DNA of 64,000 nucleotides from Gammaproteobacteria bacterium GWE2_42_36 (GTDB lineage Bacteria; Pseudomonadota; Gammaproteobacteria; UBA12402): NCBI GenBank assembly GCA_001801305.1, contig MGXH01000061.1, positions 4,371 to 68,370 of the forward strand, read 5' to 3'. Shown piece by piece: positions 61,666 to 64,000 of this stretch (position 1 is its first letter; each line of letters starts with the position of its first letter). The notes under the pieces were generated by a model. It saw only the letters and a program-made list of their open reading frames with translations, ran no database searches and was not told where the DNA came from. The position numbers and the translations under genes were made by a program.

Positions 61666-62955
61666 TCAATCGTCAATCCGCTTCATCACTTCTGCCACTG
61701 TCACAAATGAACCAAAAACAACGATTAAATCTGCTTCAGTCGTGTTTTGAAGCACTGTTTTTAACATCTCATCGACATTCTCACAAATTTGATAACGAAA
61801 CTCTCCCGCTTCTTCAAGCTTAGCTGCAAGAAATTCGGCCTCTGCGCCACGTGGCAGCGGGAGAGATATCAAATACCATCTCTCCACAAAGGGTATCGAT
61901 GCAGCAAACACACCTCGGATATTTTTATCTTTCTGCATGCCAATAATCGCATGAATACGACGTTCTGGATAAATCCGCCTCAAGTGATCAAAGAAATGTT
62001 CAGCCGCCGCGGGATTATGCGCCACATCCACAAGCATTTTTCGTCCTAAATAATCAATGGACTGAAATCGTCCCGGCAAAAAAACCTGCTTCAATCCTTT
62101 TCTGATTGCCTCAAAAAAAACAGGAAAAACAGATCGCAAACAAAGAATTCCCATTAGCGCAGCCGCTGCATTCGCTAAATCAATTGCAGGGATCGGTAAA
62201 TGTTCGAAACAATGATCGCCTGACTTAAAAGTCCATTCTTGTCCCGATGACTCATAAAAAAAGTTTTTCTCGAGACTATATACAGGTGACTCAAGGTTGT
62301 TAGCTATCTCCGACAAGGTTGACGGTGGATTTTTATCTCCACAAATAATAGGTTTATACGCACGCATAATACCGGCTTTTTCTCGTGCAATATCAGTTCT
62401 GGTATATCCCAACACGTCGCAATGATCCAAATCAATACTGGTTATAATTGCCAAATCCGTGTCAATCAAATTGACCACATCGGATCGACCTCCAATACCG
62501 GCTTCTAAAATAATTAAATCAAGATTCGCTCGCTTAAATAAAAAGAGCGCGGCTAAAAAAGAAAATTGAAAATAGTTGAGAGACAATGCCTGACGCGCCT
62601 CATCAATCGCATTAAATGCTTCACAGATCGCTTCATCACTTGCCATCTCTCCTTGCACGCGAATGCGCTCATTAAAATACAATAAATGAGGAGAAGTAAA
62701 CGCGCCGACACGAAGTTTGGCTTGCAAATAAATAGATTCCAACGCGGCGACACAAGATCCTTTGCCATTCGTTCCAGTCACTGTAATCACTGCCTCCGAG
62801 GAAGGCCAAAGATTTAATCGATCTATCACAGTACGAACAGAAGAAAAAGAATTTGGCACCGAACGAACAGTTTTTAAGGATTCCAAAAACATTAGCCATT
62901 CGGTCAAGGATTGAGGGCTGGAATTGCTTCGTGATGGATTTTTCATGATTGTCAT
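61666..62955 (-). CDS. folC: Bifunctional folylpolyglutamate synthase / dihydrofolate synthase (FolC); start assigned to MTIMKNP… rather than the upstream in-frame MCNC…
   Basis: Mur-ligase P-loop VTGTNGKGS about 60 aa from the start; ~430 aa. Confidence 0.8.
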   Translation of the reverse strand: MTIMKNPSRSNSSPQSLTEWLMFLESLKTVRSVPNSFSSVRTVIDRLNLWPSSEAVITVTGTNGKGSCVAALESIYLQAKLRVGAFTSPHLLYFNERIRVQGEMASDEAICEAFNAIDEARQALSLNYFQFSFLAALFLFKRANLDLIILEAGIGGRSDVVNLIDTDLAIITSIDLDHCDVLGYTRTDIAREKAGIMRAYKPIICGDKNPPSTLSEIANNLESPVYSLEKNFFYESSGQEWTFKSGDHCFEHLPIPAIDLANAAAALMGILCLRSVFPVFFEAIRKGLKQVFLPGRFQSIDYLGRKMLVDVAHNPAAAEHFFDHLRRIYPERRIHAIIGMQKDKNIRGVFAASIPFVERWYLISLPLPRGAEAEFLAAKLEEAGEFRYQICENVDEMLKTVLQNTTEADLIVVFGSFVTVAEVMKRIDD

Positions 62956-63125
62956 CCCGTGACCACGGCAATTTTCCCAAACAGAAACCAAGGGGTAAAT
63001 TGATCTACAATTGCACATGCGAGCGAAAAAGTATTATCTATTAAGCGAACAGTTCGGGGCGATTCTAAAAATGTCAGCCATTCGACCAACGATTGAGGGA
63101 AAAAATCGTTTCGTAATAAATATTT
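62952..63125 (-). pseudogene. folC: 5' remnant (~57 codons) of a second, divergent folC (…PQSLVEWLTFLESPRTVRLIDNTFSLACAIVDQFTPWFLFGKIAVVTG*). The ancestral ATG is apparently AAT here. It is truncated at the P-loop codons and directly abuts the intact folC start.
   Basis: Aligns at both protein and nucleotide level (roughly 70% nt identity) to the first 60 codons of the intact folC (PQSLTEWLMFLESL…AVITVTG). Confidence 0.65.
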
Positions 63126-63406
63126 ATTCTCTTCCTGAGCGCTAAAATTGTCTCCTTGTGGTTTAACTGGAGGGGATAAAGTAACAAGCAATAAAGTATG
63201 GAACAACAATGATATTATTTTAGATTGCAAGAATATTTTCAAATGGGTGCTCGCAATCTGAATCCTGCGGTCAAGCCGCGGGATGACGGCATACAAGACA
63301 TAAAATAATATCAACGATAATTTCAATCGTAGCCGCGCCCCTTCAAGAATGTCCAATATAAGCATCCATCGCGTAGCAATGAAAAATCCCTCAATCCTCA
63401 CTCCTA

Positions 63407-64000
63407 TTACGCCACGGGTTGTTCAAAAATCGCTTTTTGATGCGTCAATTTTGCGAGCAATAGCGCAATGCGTTCACGTAATTGTCTGCGATCAACAATC
63501 ATATCGATCGCACCATGTTCCAATAAAAACTCACTCTTCTGAAATCCTTCTGGCAAGGTCTGACGAATAGTTTGTTCAATCACGCGCGGCCCTGAAAATC
63601 CGATCAACGCTTTCGGTTCGGCCATAATGATATCGCCCAGCATCGCTAAACTGGCCGAAACACCACCCATGGTTGGATTGGTCAAAACCACCACATAAGG
63701 AATTTCCTTTTGGGCTAATTTCGCGAGCGCTGCACTTGTCTTTGCCATTTGAAATAAAGACAACAGGCCTTCTTGCATACGCGCGCCGCCTGAAGCCGTA
63801 AAACAAATCAGGGGGATGTTATTTTCTATCGCTATATTAACCGCTTGAACAAATTTCTCGCCCACAGCAGAACCCATCGATCCGCCGATAAACTGATATT
63901 CAAACGCACAAGCCACGACAGGAATCTTACATAAAAAACCCTGCATCGCAACCAGCGCTTCTTTTTCGCCGATTTTTTTCTGAGAATGCTGTAGTCGTTC
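63407..64000 (-). CDS. accD: Acetyl-CoA carboxylase carboxyltransferase beta subunit (AccD), C-terminal part; the gene continues beyond the window edge
   Basis: …[16 protein letters not shown]…[16 protein letters not shown]…; frame is open to position 64000. Confidence 0.85.
   Translation of the reverse strand, partial: ERLQHSQKKIGEKEALVAMQGFLCKIPVVACAFEYQFIGGSMGSAVGEKFVQAVNIAIENNIPLICFTASGGARMQEGLLSLFQMAKTSAALAKLAQKEIPYVVVLTNPTMGGVSASLAMLGDIIMAEPKALIGFSGPRVIEQTIRQTLPEGFQKSEFLLEHGAIDMIVDRRQLRERIALLLAKLTHQKAIFEQPVA

Noticed and set aside
62553-62980. 71-aa and 102-aa minus-strand ORFs within folC
   Set aside because: Out-of-frame internal ORFs of a gene with a clear Mur-ligase signature
63349-63806. 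Small ORFs on either strand overlapping accD
   Set aside because: Shadow ORFs of a well-supported accD reading frame
1-64000. rRNA genes, CRISPR-cas, intact prophage or integrase genes
   Set aside because: None recognisable by eye on either strand; the only tRNA-like sequence is the 3' fragment at 2755-2807

Overview
This 64-kb window is gammaproteobacterial-like chromosomal DNA. GC content is patchy: sampled 60-nt lines range from about 22% to 52%. Almost all genes are on the minus strand, in three blocks. (1) Positions 1-3090 are a junction or scar region. It holds a GC-rich segment of unknown function and a 433-aa orphan ORF with an acidic C-terminal E-block. The ORF is flanked by ~110-bp direct repeats carrying TTTGTGGGG iterons. 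A 3' fragment of tRNA-Lys (no 5' half) and the C-terminal ~60 codons of an ISL3-family transposase follow. (2) Positions 3097-19400 are a metal-efflux block. It has two tandem heavy-metal RND tripartite systems (outer-membrane factor, membrane-fusion protein, CzcA/CusA-like pump); the second fusion protein has a CusF-like C-terminal domain. Between them sit a P2-type (Ca-ATPase-like, not CPx) P-type ATPase and two small membrane proteins with Met-rich and His-rich tails. A divergent MerR-family regulator, a 29-codon remnant of a heavy-metal-associated (GMHCASC) ORF, and an OsmY-like BON protein complete the block. A DEAD-box helicase (RhlE-like) and two tandem Ser/Pro-rich ORFs follow; one has a clear C-terminal E-block and both are candidate type IV effectors. 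(3) Positions 23228-61589 are a ~38-kb Wza/Wzb/Wzc-dependent polysaccharide locus of about 35 co-directional genes. It encodes two complete di-N-acetyl amino-sugar pathways. One is PglF/E/D/C-like plus TviB/TviC-like; the other is WbpB/D/E/I-like, making a UDP-ManNAc3NAcA-type sugar. It also holds two AsnB-like amidotransferases, four or five glycosyltransferases, Wzx and two Wzy-like membrane proteins. An AT-rich inner cassette encodes an ACP, an FkbH-like glyceryl-ACP loader, a MaoC-dehydratase/SDR fusion, three or four methyltransferases, an aminotransferase and an acyltransferase. I interpret this cassette as an uncharacterised ACP-dependent pathway that builds a glycerate-derived acyl decoration on an amino sugar; it is the most novel item in the window. 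The locus ends at folC and accD. A divergent 5' remnant of a second folC abuts the intact folC, which reads as a recombination scar. No CRISPR array or rRNA was found, and the only tRNA-like sequence is the 3' fragment.
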